DNA from: Leucoraja erinacea
Lineage: Eukaryota
Direction: 5' to 3'
Assembly: GCF_028641065.1 (NCBI RefSeq)
Contig: NC_073415.1
Coordinates: forward strand, 7,874,001 to 7,938,000
DNA: 64,000 bases
Both the position numbers and the translations under genes were made by a program. Within the stretch, counting starts at the first letter, position 1; each line of letters opens with the position of its first letter. The notes under the pieces were generated by a model. That model had not been told where the DNA came from. It did no database searches and saw only the letters and a list, made by a program, of their open reading frames with translations. Positions 12,501-24,467 of the stretch are shown here, one piece after another.

Positions 12501-15500
12501 TGGGATCAACAAATCAGAATTGGAAGGTAACGGATATCGGAGATAGAGGTCACAAAGCAAAGTGACATTCTGCTTGTGAATCTCTGTGCAATACGCAATG
12601 GCAGAGGCCAGCCAATTAGCCTGTTTGCACCACTTATCAGCACTGGGAGCACTAGAGGTTGAGCCAGCCAGAGCAGACACCATGCTTTGTTGCTATTGTG
12701 AAATTAGTGTAATAAATTTAATGTGTGTGTAGATGCCCGCATGCATGCAATTGTGGTACATCTGTCACTCGCTGTCAATGGCACATTAATTACCTGTACA
12801 GTACCAATTTAACACATCCCATACTGGAAGCAGGGAAAAACTTGTTATCCTCGAGCTGGGAGTGATTTCCAATTTGCTCACAGTCACACATTTGGACACA
12901 TTAGCTGTGCTTAATTCTATACTCACTTTTTAGTTTTTTTTTTAGAAAAACGTGCAAGTTGAATTACTCTGCGGAAGACGACTAAAGATTGATTTCACTC
13001 TTTTTGCTTTATTGAATTTTAGGTTAGGCAAGTGCTTCTTTTCAAAGATCAGGAAGTGTACAGTGACCTGTATCTAACTGTGTGTGAATGGCCAAGTGAT
13101 CCCTCAAAGCTTATTGTGTTTGGATTCAAGTGAGTAAACTTGGAACAAGATTTGGATGTTGCTGGCAAGGTTGGCGTTTATTGTTCATTCCTAATTACTC
13201 TTGAAGTGAGTGGGCTGCTCTGTTATTTCAGATTTAGTCAAACCACATTGTTATTCAGATTCAGATTAGTTTACTGTCATAAACACCAGGGTGCAATTAA
13301 ATAAATCGTTCTCAGGAAACTCAGATTACACACTATGCACAATAATAACAGATGCAACAATAAGTACATATAATAACGTCATAAAAGGGAACTGCAGATG
13401 CTGGTTTATACCAACGATAGTCCAAATGCTGGAGTAACTCAGCGGGTCAGGCAGCATTTCTGGAGAAAATAGATAGACTCAATCGAAAGAAGGGTCCCGG
13501 CCTGAAATGTCAATGAAAACATGCTGTCACTTTCCCTACATTATAGCAGTGACATTTGTAGTACCGTGTCGGCAGTAAGGTCCTTTGAGATGCCCTGAAA
13601 GTTGCTATACAAGTCTATCTCTCACTCTGATTTAGATGCATGTGAGCTCAAATCCTTCGGTTAAAAACCTGTCACAAAACTAGTGTATTTGCTAACCATT
13701 ACTAAATCAGTTTACTCACTTCTCTGTCACTGCATTTTAAGTAAGGAGTTATCACAGTGCCCTTTCTGAATGTAAACCATCCAAAAGAGATGAATGATTC
13801 ATTAACTTTTAGTTTCATCATGGTTTTCTGGTGGGTTTATTTTTAATATTTCCCCTATCTAGTTCTTTCCAATGGAGGCAGCCAAGTAATAGTGTTGTAT
13901 TTCCCTTATGCCTGTGGCTGGTAGAAATGTGGGAGACACCCTTCTCATTGGGACTGTTATTTATAGGGGATGGGTGGGGGATGTTTGAGAGATTGTGTTT
14001 AAAAAATAAATAAATATTCTACATTCCCTCCACAAAGTTGAAATGCAATCTTTTTGTTTAATACAGCATTCGGTCAGTAAATGATCTGCTGATAAATATG
14101 GTTATGAGCGATGAAAATGATAGAGATATTTATATCACAACTGTTGCCACACCGCCATTTGTGCTGTGTCCCGACTGCAGAGATATGGCTTTGCTTAATA
14201 CAGGTATGAATGTTAACCATTTTTTTGTATGTGTGCGCGTGTGTGCATATGTCTTTGAGTGTTTAAATTATTGCATTTCACTTGCTGTTGTATGTTTTAC
14301 AGGTGAGCAGAATGCCTATTGCCTGCAGCACGGCTTCATGCTTCACACTAAGTACCAGGTGGTGTATCCCTTTCCCACGTTCCAGCCTGCTTTCCAGCTC
14401 AAGAAAGATGGAGTAGTGTTACTTAACACCAGCTACTCTCTGGTAGCATGTGCAATATCTGTAAATACAACAGGTATGGCCCAAGTGGTCATTGTTCATA
14501 CGGGAACCTAGATAGTATGGGGCTGGAATAGGCGCAAGATAATTTTACAGGAAAATTATGGCATTGTTTTGTTCAGGCAGTGTAGCACAGCGGTAGAGTT
14601 GCTGCCTCATAGTGCCAGAGATTTGGGTTCAATCCTGATTACGGGTGCTGTCTGCACCGAGTTTGTATGTTCTCCCTGGGACCAAGTGGGATTTCTCCCG
14701 GGTGCTCTGGTTTCCTCCCACACTGAAAAGGCGTGCAGGTTTGTAGGTTAATTGGCTTTTGTAAGTTCTCCTAGTGTGTAGGATAGTGCTAATGTACTGG
14801 GTGATCTCTGCTCGGCACGGAAGCGATGGGCCAAAAGGCCTCTTTCCAATCTGTATCTCTAAACTAAACTAACTCTTGGGAGCGTGGTGATAGTATATTT
14901 GAAGCTGAGGGCTGAGATCAAATAGGAAGGTGGAAAGAATGTGAGAATTGAAATTGGAAAAAACAGAACATTGTTGTCATGGATAAGGTGCGCTTGCAGT
15001 GGAATGAGGAGATATAGGTGAGAAACGAAAGATTTGAGGTTAGGACTGAAGGCCCTTGCCTATTTCCTTGCAGCAAGCAACCTAGTGGGAGAGGAAAGAT
15101 AGAGAGAAAGTAATCCGGTCATAAAATATTGCTCACGTGTTGAAACTAATCGAGAAGATGTGCATTGCTTTAACTATGTTTTCCCATTCAGATCCATTTT
15201 ACACCTTTTGTTTTCTGTGTGACTCGCAGGGAAAAATGAACAAGTTCTGTACGGCAAGAGCAGAGAAAACGGTGAGCCTCCAGGAGATCATGAGGTGGAT
15301 CCAAGGACTTGTATTTCACCGGGATTATGCAGTCCCAAGTCAATTCATAACTGTGAAGGCACAAAACACCCTTTATGCAGCCAAGGAACCCTGGACTCTG
15401 CCTCTCACAAAGCCAATGCTGACAACTGCCCGCACACGGAAAACTGTTTGGAGGAAGCGTTGAGCTGGGAACATGAAGCCTGCAAGCACGCCGTTTTGGC

Positions 15501-18500
15501 AGCGTGTAACCCTGCCCACTGCGACCGTCTGTCTGCTGCGGGCAAAGCAAAGGAGTTTGCAGCTGACATCTTCAGACGAGCGAGAGCTGCCACCGGCACC
15601 CTGGAGCCGTTGGGCAGCGTAGACATGCGCAAGGAAGATGCCCTACAAAGGAAACTTGCGGAAGACTGCCTCCATATCCCTAATCTGCAAGGAAGCGAGA
15701 CTTCGGAAACCCTTCCTTCCGCCTCCGGTGAATCCAAATTACCGAACCAGTGTTCTAGTTGTGTTGCAGATACTTGTAGTTATGCCTTAAGTACCAAGGA
15801 ATCACATTCCGTTGTTTTGGGGTGCACTTGTACCACCCATGGGAAGCCCACCCTGGACAATAGTGCATCATCTGATGCTCAAGCAAGGACTGAAGGGACA
15901 AGTTGTTTTGTGCAGAGTGACTGGAGCACAACGGATGATTGTAGTACCCAGCACCAGGAAACTGTACAAATAGACCCAGGTTATGTGAATTACATAAAGC
16001 TGCACTATGTTTTGGAACCCACTGGCATGGTGGTAGATGATGAAGGTAAGTAGTCTTGTGAAATCTATCGTGGCTTAGTTTTGTTTATTGTTTTACGTGT
16101 ACCGAGGTACAGTGAAAAGCTTTAGTTGTGTGCTAACCAGTCAGCAGAAAGACAACACATGATTACAATCGAGCCATTCACAGTGTACAGATACATGATA
16201 AAGGGAATAACATGAATACCGTTTAGTGCAAGCCAGTAAAGTCCGATCAAAGACAGTTTGAGGGCCTCCAATGAGGTAGATAGTAAATCAGGACTGCTCT
16301 CTAGTAGTGGTAGGATGATTCAGTTGCTTTATTTGAGGAGTCGCTACTGTTCCTCACTGCAGAGCTGCAGACAAGAAAATATCAGGACCAACAAGGCTGG
16401 CCACAATGACTTCAGGCGGGATGGTGCCCTGGTAGGCCCATTGCTGTTAAGGGACGGCGTGATCTCAAAAGGGAAACAATGTGGAGAACTGTGGAACTGA
16501 TAAAATGAAAAGAGATGAAGGGAGCGTAAGTAGAAGCTACTTAAAGTGAGAGAATTCAATGCTCACACTACTAAGTGGTAAGCTACCCCACCAAAATATG
16601 AGGCGTTGTTCCTCCAATTTGTGTGTGGTCTCACTCTCAACAGGACAGAATGGTCAGTGCGGGAATGGGAATTGAAATGGTTGGCATACCGTAGGCCTTG
16701 GCGGGGTGCCTTGGTTATCACCAGGAGCCTTGAGGTACTGTGTTGAACAATGCTTTTAACATCATGGGAGGTTGGGGTGTTGTTTGCAATATGGAAGTGT
16801 GTAACAAGCCCAAGTTGATTGCATTCCTTTTTTCAATTTTAACTCTGGCTGCATCTTAGAATCATTATTTCAGACCTGATTCAGTAACATCATCTCTTAT
16901 GCAAAACTGTACCTTTTATGTGGGAGACTAAAAGTGTTTTTGTTTCTCACAGGATATGATGATAAGATCTCATTGCCCTTTGTAGTGACTGACTTGAGAG
17001 GAAAGAATCTGAAGCCTTTTAAAGAAAATGCCTTGTTTCAGGTAACTTACCCAATCCAAATCCATTATATAAATGAGACTGTGATCCTTATGGCCTTGAG
17101 AACCTACTGTGGTATTAAAAAAAAAAAAGGCACAAAATGCTGGAGTAACTCAGCAGGTCAGGCAGCATCTCTGAAGAACATCGAAAGATGATGTTTCGGG
17201 TTGGGTCCCTTCTTCAGACTCCCGACCTGAAACCACATGCCCATGTTCTCCAGAGGTGCTGCCTGACCCACTGAGTTTCTTCAGCATTTAGTATCTTGTT
17301 CTTTGTAAACCAGCATCTGATGTACGTTGTTTCTAATGTGCATCAAATCGTACATGCTCTTCATAACCTTTGACTCGCCTTGTTAAAATCTGGCTCATGG
17401 CCTTAAACATGACTTGTAGACAGTGTGCATCATAATTCTTTCCAACATTCAAGGATAAAGCTCCCTATTGAGTAACCCAACCGAGTCATCAGAAGCCTTG
17501 AGGATTAATTGACATGACTGTAGCAGACTGCTGTGCTAAACAATGCTTTTAACATAGGAGTGGTGGTTGAAATATGGAAGTGTGAAACTAGCCCAAGTTT
17601 ATTGTGCAGAAAGGAACTGGAGATGCTGGTTTCTACCAAAGATAGACACAGCTTCATCTGTATCAGTACCTTGTATTCTGAAGAAGGGTCTTGACCCGAA
17701 AATTCACCCATTCCTTCTCTCCAGAGATGCTGCCTGTCCCGCTGAGTTACTCCAGCATTTTGTGATCTACATTCCTTTCTCGCAAATCCATTCTTTTTAC
17801 CTCGACATCTCCAGATAGAAGTGAGTTCTGTGTTCTGAAGGATAGATTCTTGTAGATCTAACATAGCTGGCTTTTAAAATCTATTTAAATGCTTAAGATG
17901 AACAGAGACATTTTAAAACAGTTCATACAGATTTATTTAATTGGAAGAATAAATGTATTTAAAATCATAATGGAGAATTAATTAAATTAATGAAAACATT
18001 CAGATTGAGTAAAATGAACAAAAAAATCCAAACCACTTATCTGCACTCAACATTTTAGACATGTGGGTGACCTAATTTGCCTTGCATGTTGCTGTAAAGC
18101 CATCAGATCAGGATAGAGTCGAGCAGTGGGAGAGAAGGCCAGATGGTCCAGTTCCGACTAATGCATAGCAACGCACTGAAAGGAAATCAGACATCAGGTG
18201 ACTCCTTAGGAGCAACCTGGGACTTCTGGCAAATTGTATTTCCAGACATTCAACAGAGGCCCCATCTGCAAATGTTTCTACTGTAGATTAACCAGCTGGT
18301 ATGTTTCACACACTGAAGCACAGATAGAATCAAGATATAATGCATACAGATCCTCAGTTTAATGTCTCATCCAAAAGATGGGAACTCTTACAGGTTGTAT
18401 TTCCCTGTGCCATTCTACAAAGGATTTATGTGTGTTCCATGTTCAGTGCAGTCACGGCTGTTCTGTGGATGTAGATTTATTTATGGAAACTATTTATTGC

Positions 18501-21500
18501 ATGAGATGTTGCACTGAAATCATGTGCCTGCAAGTGATTGTCCTATATTTTGTCTGTTTCTAGGGCAAGTACCTGACTGTAGAGCAACTGACACTTGACT
18601 TTGAATATGTTATTAATGAGGTGATAAGGAATGATGCTTCCTGGTCAAAACGCTACTGTTCCTTCAGTGATTATGACATAGTAATCCTAGAGGTGAGTAA
18701 TTAAACAGAACAAAGGAAGGGTTATGAACCAAAGAAGGGTTTCTCCAGCATTTTTTTCCTGTAGATGCTGCCTCACCCGCTGAGTTTCTCCAGCATTTTT
18801 GTCCCATAGATGCTGCCTCACCCGTTGAGTTTCTCCAGCATTTTTGACCCATAGATGCTGCCTCACCCGCTGAATTTCTCCAGCATTTTTGTCTCTCTTC
18901 AATTTTCCAGCATCTGCAGTCCCTTCTTAAGGGTTTTGAACTGCTTGGCAGTGGTGTGGTGTCGGAATATATCTTGTCATGTTGAATAGCTGTTGACCAG
19001 TTCCTGATCCATCTTAAATATTCACTACTTCCATCACCGGCATACAGTGTATCTATAAACACCATCGAGCAGCTTGCCACGGTATGTTCAACATTGTCTT
19101 CCAAACTCATGACAAACAGTACAAGAGCAGAAGTGTCTGGAGAAGTGTCACTACCCCGCGGACTCCTTCAAAGTCCCAAGCCATCATGATTTGGAAATAC
19201 GTTGTTTACTTAGTGGCCATTAGATTGAAATGCTGGATCTCACTCCCCCAACAATGCAGCTCTTCAACACAGCAACATGCCACAAGTTTAGGGTATGAGG
19301 GGATCTAAATCGGCCAGGCATTGAAGGCAATAGGATAAGTACTGAGAGATATGGTGCCCTTTGGTCAGCCTGGATGTAGTGGGCCAAATGGACTTTTTGT
19401 GAGCTGCATGACTTTATGATTCTATCTCAAAATATTTTTGATGGTTTTGTCAATCAGCTCAGCAGGGATATATACTGCGTCACATGTCAGTATTTCTGCA
19501 GGAGTAGCTTGTTCTGGCTTGTAACAAGGTGTAATCCATTGCAAGTGTTCCCAATAATATGGGAGAATGCAACTTATCAGGGTCCTTCAAGATAAGGACA
19601 GACTTGTTGAATAGGTAAGCTGCAAATGCAGGCAGACAAGATCCTGAGCCATATTTCTAGTTTTGTTTTATACAGCAAGCACGCTTGGTTCCACACGTGC
19701 TATGAATCTGCTGGATTCACTCAAACTATCTATTCTGGCCATTTGACATTAGTCTCTTGATAATGAAATTAGCTAAGTGATACAAACCCTTTGATCCATT
19801 GCTGAAGAAGTGTAATATCATCCAATTAAACATTAAATTGAGACTTGTTCTGCTGCTTCTAGATCCAAAAGATCACAAGAATTTTTCAGAAATAGGTATT
19901 GGTGATATGTGTTACCGACTACATTATTTTCAATTTTTGGCATTCATACAAGATATGTTACTGGCACGAGCAAGATCTGCATTGATTGCCCAACTACCTT
20001 TCAATCTATTCTATCTCTGTAAACATTCTGGTTATTATTATGTCACTTTATTTCTCACATGTACCGAGGTACAGTGAAGTTAGTTTTGTATATAGTTCAG
20101 TACAAGTATCATGATATATAAGCACTTTGATACATATTAGATAAGTATCTCATACAGTTAAAGTAAATAGCAGTAGTACACCGAGATAGTATACCGAGTC
20201 GGCAGTTGGCGCCCATTCCAAGTCCCAGTTGTTGTAAGTGCAGGGATCTTGATCTGACCATGAAGGCCTGTGGTCCTGGTGGTGTTGCAGGGTTGGCCTG
20301 GCCAAGCGAAGCCGTGGTGTCCTCTGCCGCTGCTTCACCGCTAAAATGGTCTTGTATGTTGTCTGTTGAAGGGCCTTGTGTGAAGACATAAATCAAAGTT
20401 CCGCTGCACGCAAGTGCAGTTCGATGTCTGCTCGCTGTATTTAGATACGTAATTAGCACCTATAGAACACTGATCTGTTTTCGTTCCAAGGTATGTCCGG
20501 TAACCAACCATGTCATCATTAACATAGGACTGCTGCTCTTAGCATACCCTTCAGATGAGGAAGGACAAGCAAGGTAAGTTCAAACTATGAAACTTAAAAA
20601 ACTTCAGCAACATTTGGACAGAAACATGGACTGGATAAGTTCAGAGGGATATGGCCCAAACGCAGGCAGGTGGGACTAGTTATAATGGGAAAGTTGGGCC
20701 AAAGGGCCTGTTTCCAAGCTGTTTGGCTCTATGTCTCTATGACCTATTAGAACAAAGGCACATTTCCACATTACTGCCGGGGGGGGGTCCATGAAATTTG
20801 TTCGCTAAGGGCGAGTTTCATGTTGACCAGGCAGGCTTCTGCACCATATTGCTGCTCTTCCTGTAAATTGGAATAAAAGGATATGCTGCAGTTATTTTTA
20901 CCACCAGATAAAAGTACGGGATTTTCTCAATGGGGATCGGAGCATGTGACCCATCAAAGTTACCCCGACTGCAAGGTCATTCACATTGTTGCTCTTTAAT
21001 CTGAAACATTAAGTACTAGTTAATTCCTGCACTCTCACTGTACTCCACCTTTCATGAGTACAGGAATCTCAGTGTTACTGTTTTGTTATTATGTGCCTGT
21101 CCCTTTAAACAATGTTTACAGTCTGAACTATGTATTAAATTGCTATTAAACTTTATTGTTCCAAGATGGCGGCGAAACCGGTGTTTGCAGCGGCCTCTCT
21201 CAGTGAAAATCAGTGCTACCGCGTGTTATTGGAGCGAGCGGTGTGACTGTAGCCTATTTTAGATATGGTAATTTTAGATATGGTAATTTTAATTATTTAA
21301 AGCTATATGTATTTATTCTGTTTTTATTAACCGCACTGATGGGAACTGATTGAGAAACAATGTTTTTGCTTCATCTGTGCATGTAAGTACTCAGTTAAAA
21401 TGACATTAAAGTAAATACTGAATACTTAATGATTTTTCAGACCCAAGGCATATCACACTTGTTTGAAGGGTGCGTGGAACCTGAACACAGGCATCTTTGC

Positions 21501-23052
21501 GACTGTGGGTGTTGGAGAGTTGACCGCTGTCCAGGGTCAAACAAGGTAAACTAAACGGTGCATTTTCCCTGCACCACCTCGGTTGCGAAATGGAAATTCA
21601 GCCCAGCTAATATTTGCTCTCTTACACAGCGGCAGTGTTTGGAGTACCTTTCGGAAAAGCTGCGTTGATGTCGCAATGCGATGGCTCGTTCCCGAAAGTA
21701 CCTTTCGCAATGTCAACAGGATGACCAACGAAGCTTTGCATAAAGGTGTGCGGTAATGCCGTGGATGTGAGTTGTATGTGGCACACACCATCCAGCCAAT
21801 CCACTACAAACTGCCTTCCCTTCCCCAGTGCGAAACAGCAGCCACACACCTCCCAGTGCCTTGAGGTTTATGTGCACTAATTGACCTTGTCGACAAGCTG
21901 TTTCTTCCTTTCCCATGTTCTTTATTCAGAGAGGGTGTGCCCATTGAAGGAGCTCAGCTGCAATATTACGAGGCATATTCCCCCTTCCCCTGTGAATTGT
22001 CTGTTATTCACTTGGATAGTTTCGTTTAGACATAGTGCTGAAACATGCCCACAGAGTCCACACTGACGAGCAATCACCCCCTCACACTGACCTGCACACC
22101 CTAGGAACAATTTTACAACTTACCGAAGCCATATAACCAACAAATCTGTACCTATTCGAAATGTGTGAGAAAACCAGAGCACCCGGGGTAAACCAACATG
22201 GTCATGGGGAGAACTTACAAACTCTGTACAGAGAGCACCCGGAGTCAGGATTGAACCTGGGTCTCTGGCGCTGTATGGCAGCTGCTCTACCGTTGTGCCA
22301 CTGTGTCGCCCATAGAACTGCTGATAACAGACTTAAAAGTCAGGAGATGTGTAAAGGCAACCTTATTTTGACAATAGATAAATGCACTGTTATTTTGTGC
22401 ATTTATCTATTGTCATTTTTCTTACCAGCCCCTCAAAAATCTGTTCCAGTTAATCACTCCAGTAGAGTTTGAGTCATCTTGCCTGTGAAGTTGTTTCACA
22501 GCCATGTTGTTGTTTAGAGATCAAACATGGAAACAGGCCCTTAGGCCCACCTAGTCCACGCCATCCAGTTCACACTAGTTCTGTTATCCCATTTTTGCAT
22601 GTACACTAAGGGCAATTTTACCGAGGATATTAACCTACAAACCCCATGTCTTTGGGATGAGGGAGGAAAACAGCGCCCCCAGCGCAAGCCTCCTTGATCA
22701 CAGGGGGAACATGCAAACTGCACACAGACAGTGTCTGAGCTTGGGATTGAACCCGGGTCTCTGGGCTGTGCAGCAGCAGCAGCACGACCAGCTGCGCCAC
22801 CATGCTGATCGCTGAGGCAACGCAAATGACCTGTGCCATATTTAATTTGCCTGCAGTAATCTCATGATCATGTTGTTTCAATTGCATGTATCACACTGTA
22901 TGCCGACGAGCTGATTAGCCTTTGCGATTGTCTGGAAAACCAGGAAACAAAGGGTAGGTATACAATGATTTAATGTGAATCTTGGCTTCTGTCTAGGTCG
23001 CTCGCTGAAGCGCCTGGCGGATAGCGGACGCAGTATGTGGATTGTTCTGTAG
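9513..23052 (+). CDS. DCAF15: DDB1- and CUL4-associated factor 15; 13 coding exons, about 708 aa; gene span
   Basis: Exon lengths sum to 2127 nt in one frame. Motifs [77 protein letters not shown] and [11 protein letters not shown] match human DCAF15. Confidence 0.96.
9730..10072 (-). mobile_element. CR1 LINE 3' end, young subfamily
   Basis: [30 protein letters not shown]; (TCTATGTT)n tail; nearly identical to copies at 46117 and 61560. Confidence 0.85.
11215..11402 (+). mobile_element. Degenerate Penelope-like element fragment (GIY-YIG region) joined to a terminal-repeat arm
   Basis: [27 protein letters not shown] resembles the PLE endonuclease CTS.N.IY.I.C..CG..YIGET.R.L..R..EH. Confidence 0.5.
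11595..11692 (+). CDS. DCAF15: DCAF15 exon 2
   Basis: [33 protein letters not shown]; acag| and |gtaagt. Confidence 0.93.
11804..11948 (+). CDS. DCAF15: DCAF15 exon 3 (GC donor)
   Basis: [16 protein letters not shown]...[13 protein letters not shown]; AAG|gcgagt. Confidence 0.88.
12220..12478 (-). mobile_element. Degenerate CR1 LINE ORF2 fragment
   Basis: [33 protein letters not shown]. Confidence 0.7.
13023..13129 (+). CDS. DCAF15: DCAF15 exon 4
   Basis: [35 protein letters not shown]. Confidence 0.93.
14067..14203 (+). CDS. DCAF15: DCAF15 exon 5
   Basis: [37 protein letters not shown]. Confidence 0.92.
14303..14473 (+). CDS. DCAF15: DCAF15 exon 6
   Basis: [35 protein letters not shown]...VACAISV. 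Confidence 0.94.
14576..14872 (+). mobile_element. V-SINE/HE1-like SINE
   Basis: tRNA-like head with B box GGTTCAATCC, central domain and (AAACT)n tail. Confidence 0.7.
15230..16045 (+). CDS. DCAF15: DCAF15 exon 7 (816 nt, long linker)
   Basis: GKNEQVLY...[13 protein letters not shown]...[15 protein letters not shown]; G|gtaagt. Confidence 0.88.
16550..16686 (-). mobile_element. Penelope-like element ORF C-terminal fragment
   Basis: ANHFNSH...[13 protein letters not shown].....IEFS resembles the C-terminus of the PLE GIY-YIG domain. Confidence 0.55.
16953..17041 (+). CDS. DCAF15: DCAF15 exon 8
   Basis: [29 protein letters not shown]. Confidence 0.93.
18564..18692 (+). CDS. DCAF15: DCAF15 exon 9
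   Basis: [27 protein letters not shown]...[10 protein letters not shown]. Confidence 0.94.
18735..18930. repeat. Tandem copies (about 45 bp) of the hairpin-element arm
   Basis: tagatgctgcctcacccgctgagtttctccagcatttttg repeated three times. Confidence 0.8.
20491..20573 (+). CDS. DCAF15: DCAF15 exon 10
   Basis: [27 protein letters not shown]. Confidence 0.93.
21161..21428 (+). mobile_element. Short non-autonomous LINE-derived element (CCAAGATGGCG head plus LINE-like tail)
   Basis: Starts ccaagatggcggcg and ends aaatgacattaaagtaaatactgaatac; internally deleted LINE-like layout. Confidence 0.4.
21441..21545 (+). CDS. DCAF15: DCAF15 exon 11
   Basis: [34 protein letters not shown]. Confidence 0.93.
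21630..21745 (+). CDS. DCAF15: DCAF15 exon 12
   Basis: [38 protein letters not shown]. Confidence 0.94.
22997..23052 (+). CDS. DCAF15: DCAF15 exon 13 (last coding)
   Basis: [18 protein letters not shown]-stop (TAG). Confidence 0.92.
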
Positions 23053-23715
23053 TCGTGACTCTCCATCATCCATTCAGACGATGACTATTAAAGGGAAGAT
23101 TCAAGAGACCATCTCTCAAGAACAAAGCCAGTGCCAATGAAGATTTTAAGAAGTTTTTTTTTATAAAGCTACCTCTTTATTCAGAATTGTGTTTCATTCA
23201 TTCCTTCGCAAGCCATTAAGAAACCCTTGGAGATTTTAGGAATAAGAATTGATATTCCAAGTGTGTGCACAACATTTGAATAGTTATGTTTTTTTGAGAC
23301 TGGTACTTAAATACAAGTACTGTCCTTCCCCTTCACTGAAGTTTAATATCTCTGATGTTTGCATTACCTCAGTATCTAATTTACGACTTTGTTAATTTGT
23401 GTTAATGTCTTTGAAGATTTCCAGAGTGCTTATCTGGATAGTATTTTTGTTAGAAAGGCAGTGCAAGTACGTTTAACATTATTTAGGGTCTAGTTTAAAA
23501 AAAATTGAGGAGCTGGTTGCACTCCTTCTTTGATTCATGACTCTGGCCAACAATACTTGTTGTCACTGGACATAAGGCATTCTTCATAGCAGCCAGTCTC
23601 CTTCAGAATCCATCAGTGAGATGGGTTTCCTGGTTACAAATTTGCAGATAATATGTGATGTAACCAGTTTCCACGTTTAGCTGTTGCTGAGTATGAACAT
23701 GTTCCTCTGATTTTT

Positions 23716-23721
23716 AATAAA
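23716..23721 (+). terminator. Likely DCAF15 polyadenylation signal
   Basis: AATAAA about 660 nt after the stop, followed by GT/T-rich sequence. Confidence 0.55.
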
Positions 23722-24392
23722 GGAGATTCAGAAACTTGGTGTGATTGTCTTCTGTGGAAATGTAACACAATGTTGGCTCACTGAGTAGAGATTGGCCCAG
23801 CTAAGTTGCCATTAAAACTCAGACAGCATCAGAACTTGCTGCCAGTAACATCAAAAGACAGGAAGCAGACTGACAAGATTTAAAGCCAAGATTTGCATTA
23901 GATATTTACTGCAAATTATCTACTATTGAGGGGAGCTGAAAATGTATTTGCAAAGTGGAGATTTAAAAAAATATATTATTTTCCTGCTAGAGACAGTTGG
24001 CTCCATGTGAGCAGAAATTACTGGATTTACTAACAAGCCATGGTCTACATTTGTGAGTATAACCAATCCACAAAGATGTTTGGATCACACATGGGAGGAA
24101 GCAGTCTCAATCTGAAAACGAATCAATTTATTTCCCATGTTGTTGTAGTGGATGGGTCATGAGGGAGTGGACTGGCAGTTGTGTGTCTGTCTATGCTTGC
24201 AATATTACCAGCACCATCAAGAGCTGTATCTAATGGTGACCTAAAATGTTCATTTTTTTTTTATTTGCCCCCACGCACTGTTCCTCAGACAAACCTTCCT
24301 GCCTCCTCTTCTATTTCAGACAGATATCAAGCAACCCCTGCCCCAGCCTCAGCTAGATAGATAGATAGATAGCCTTTTATTGTCATTCAGAC

Positions 24393-24467
24393 CGAAGTCT
24401 GAACGAAATTGCATGTCGAAGTCTGAACGAAATTGCAAGTCTGAACGAAATTGCAAATTGCAACGAA
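24393..24467. repeat. Short tandem repeat, about 18-bp unit AAGTCTGAACGAAATTGC
   Basis: Three full copies and one partial copy. Confidence 0.8.
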
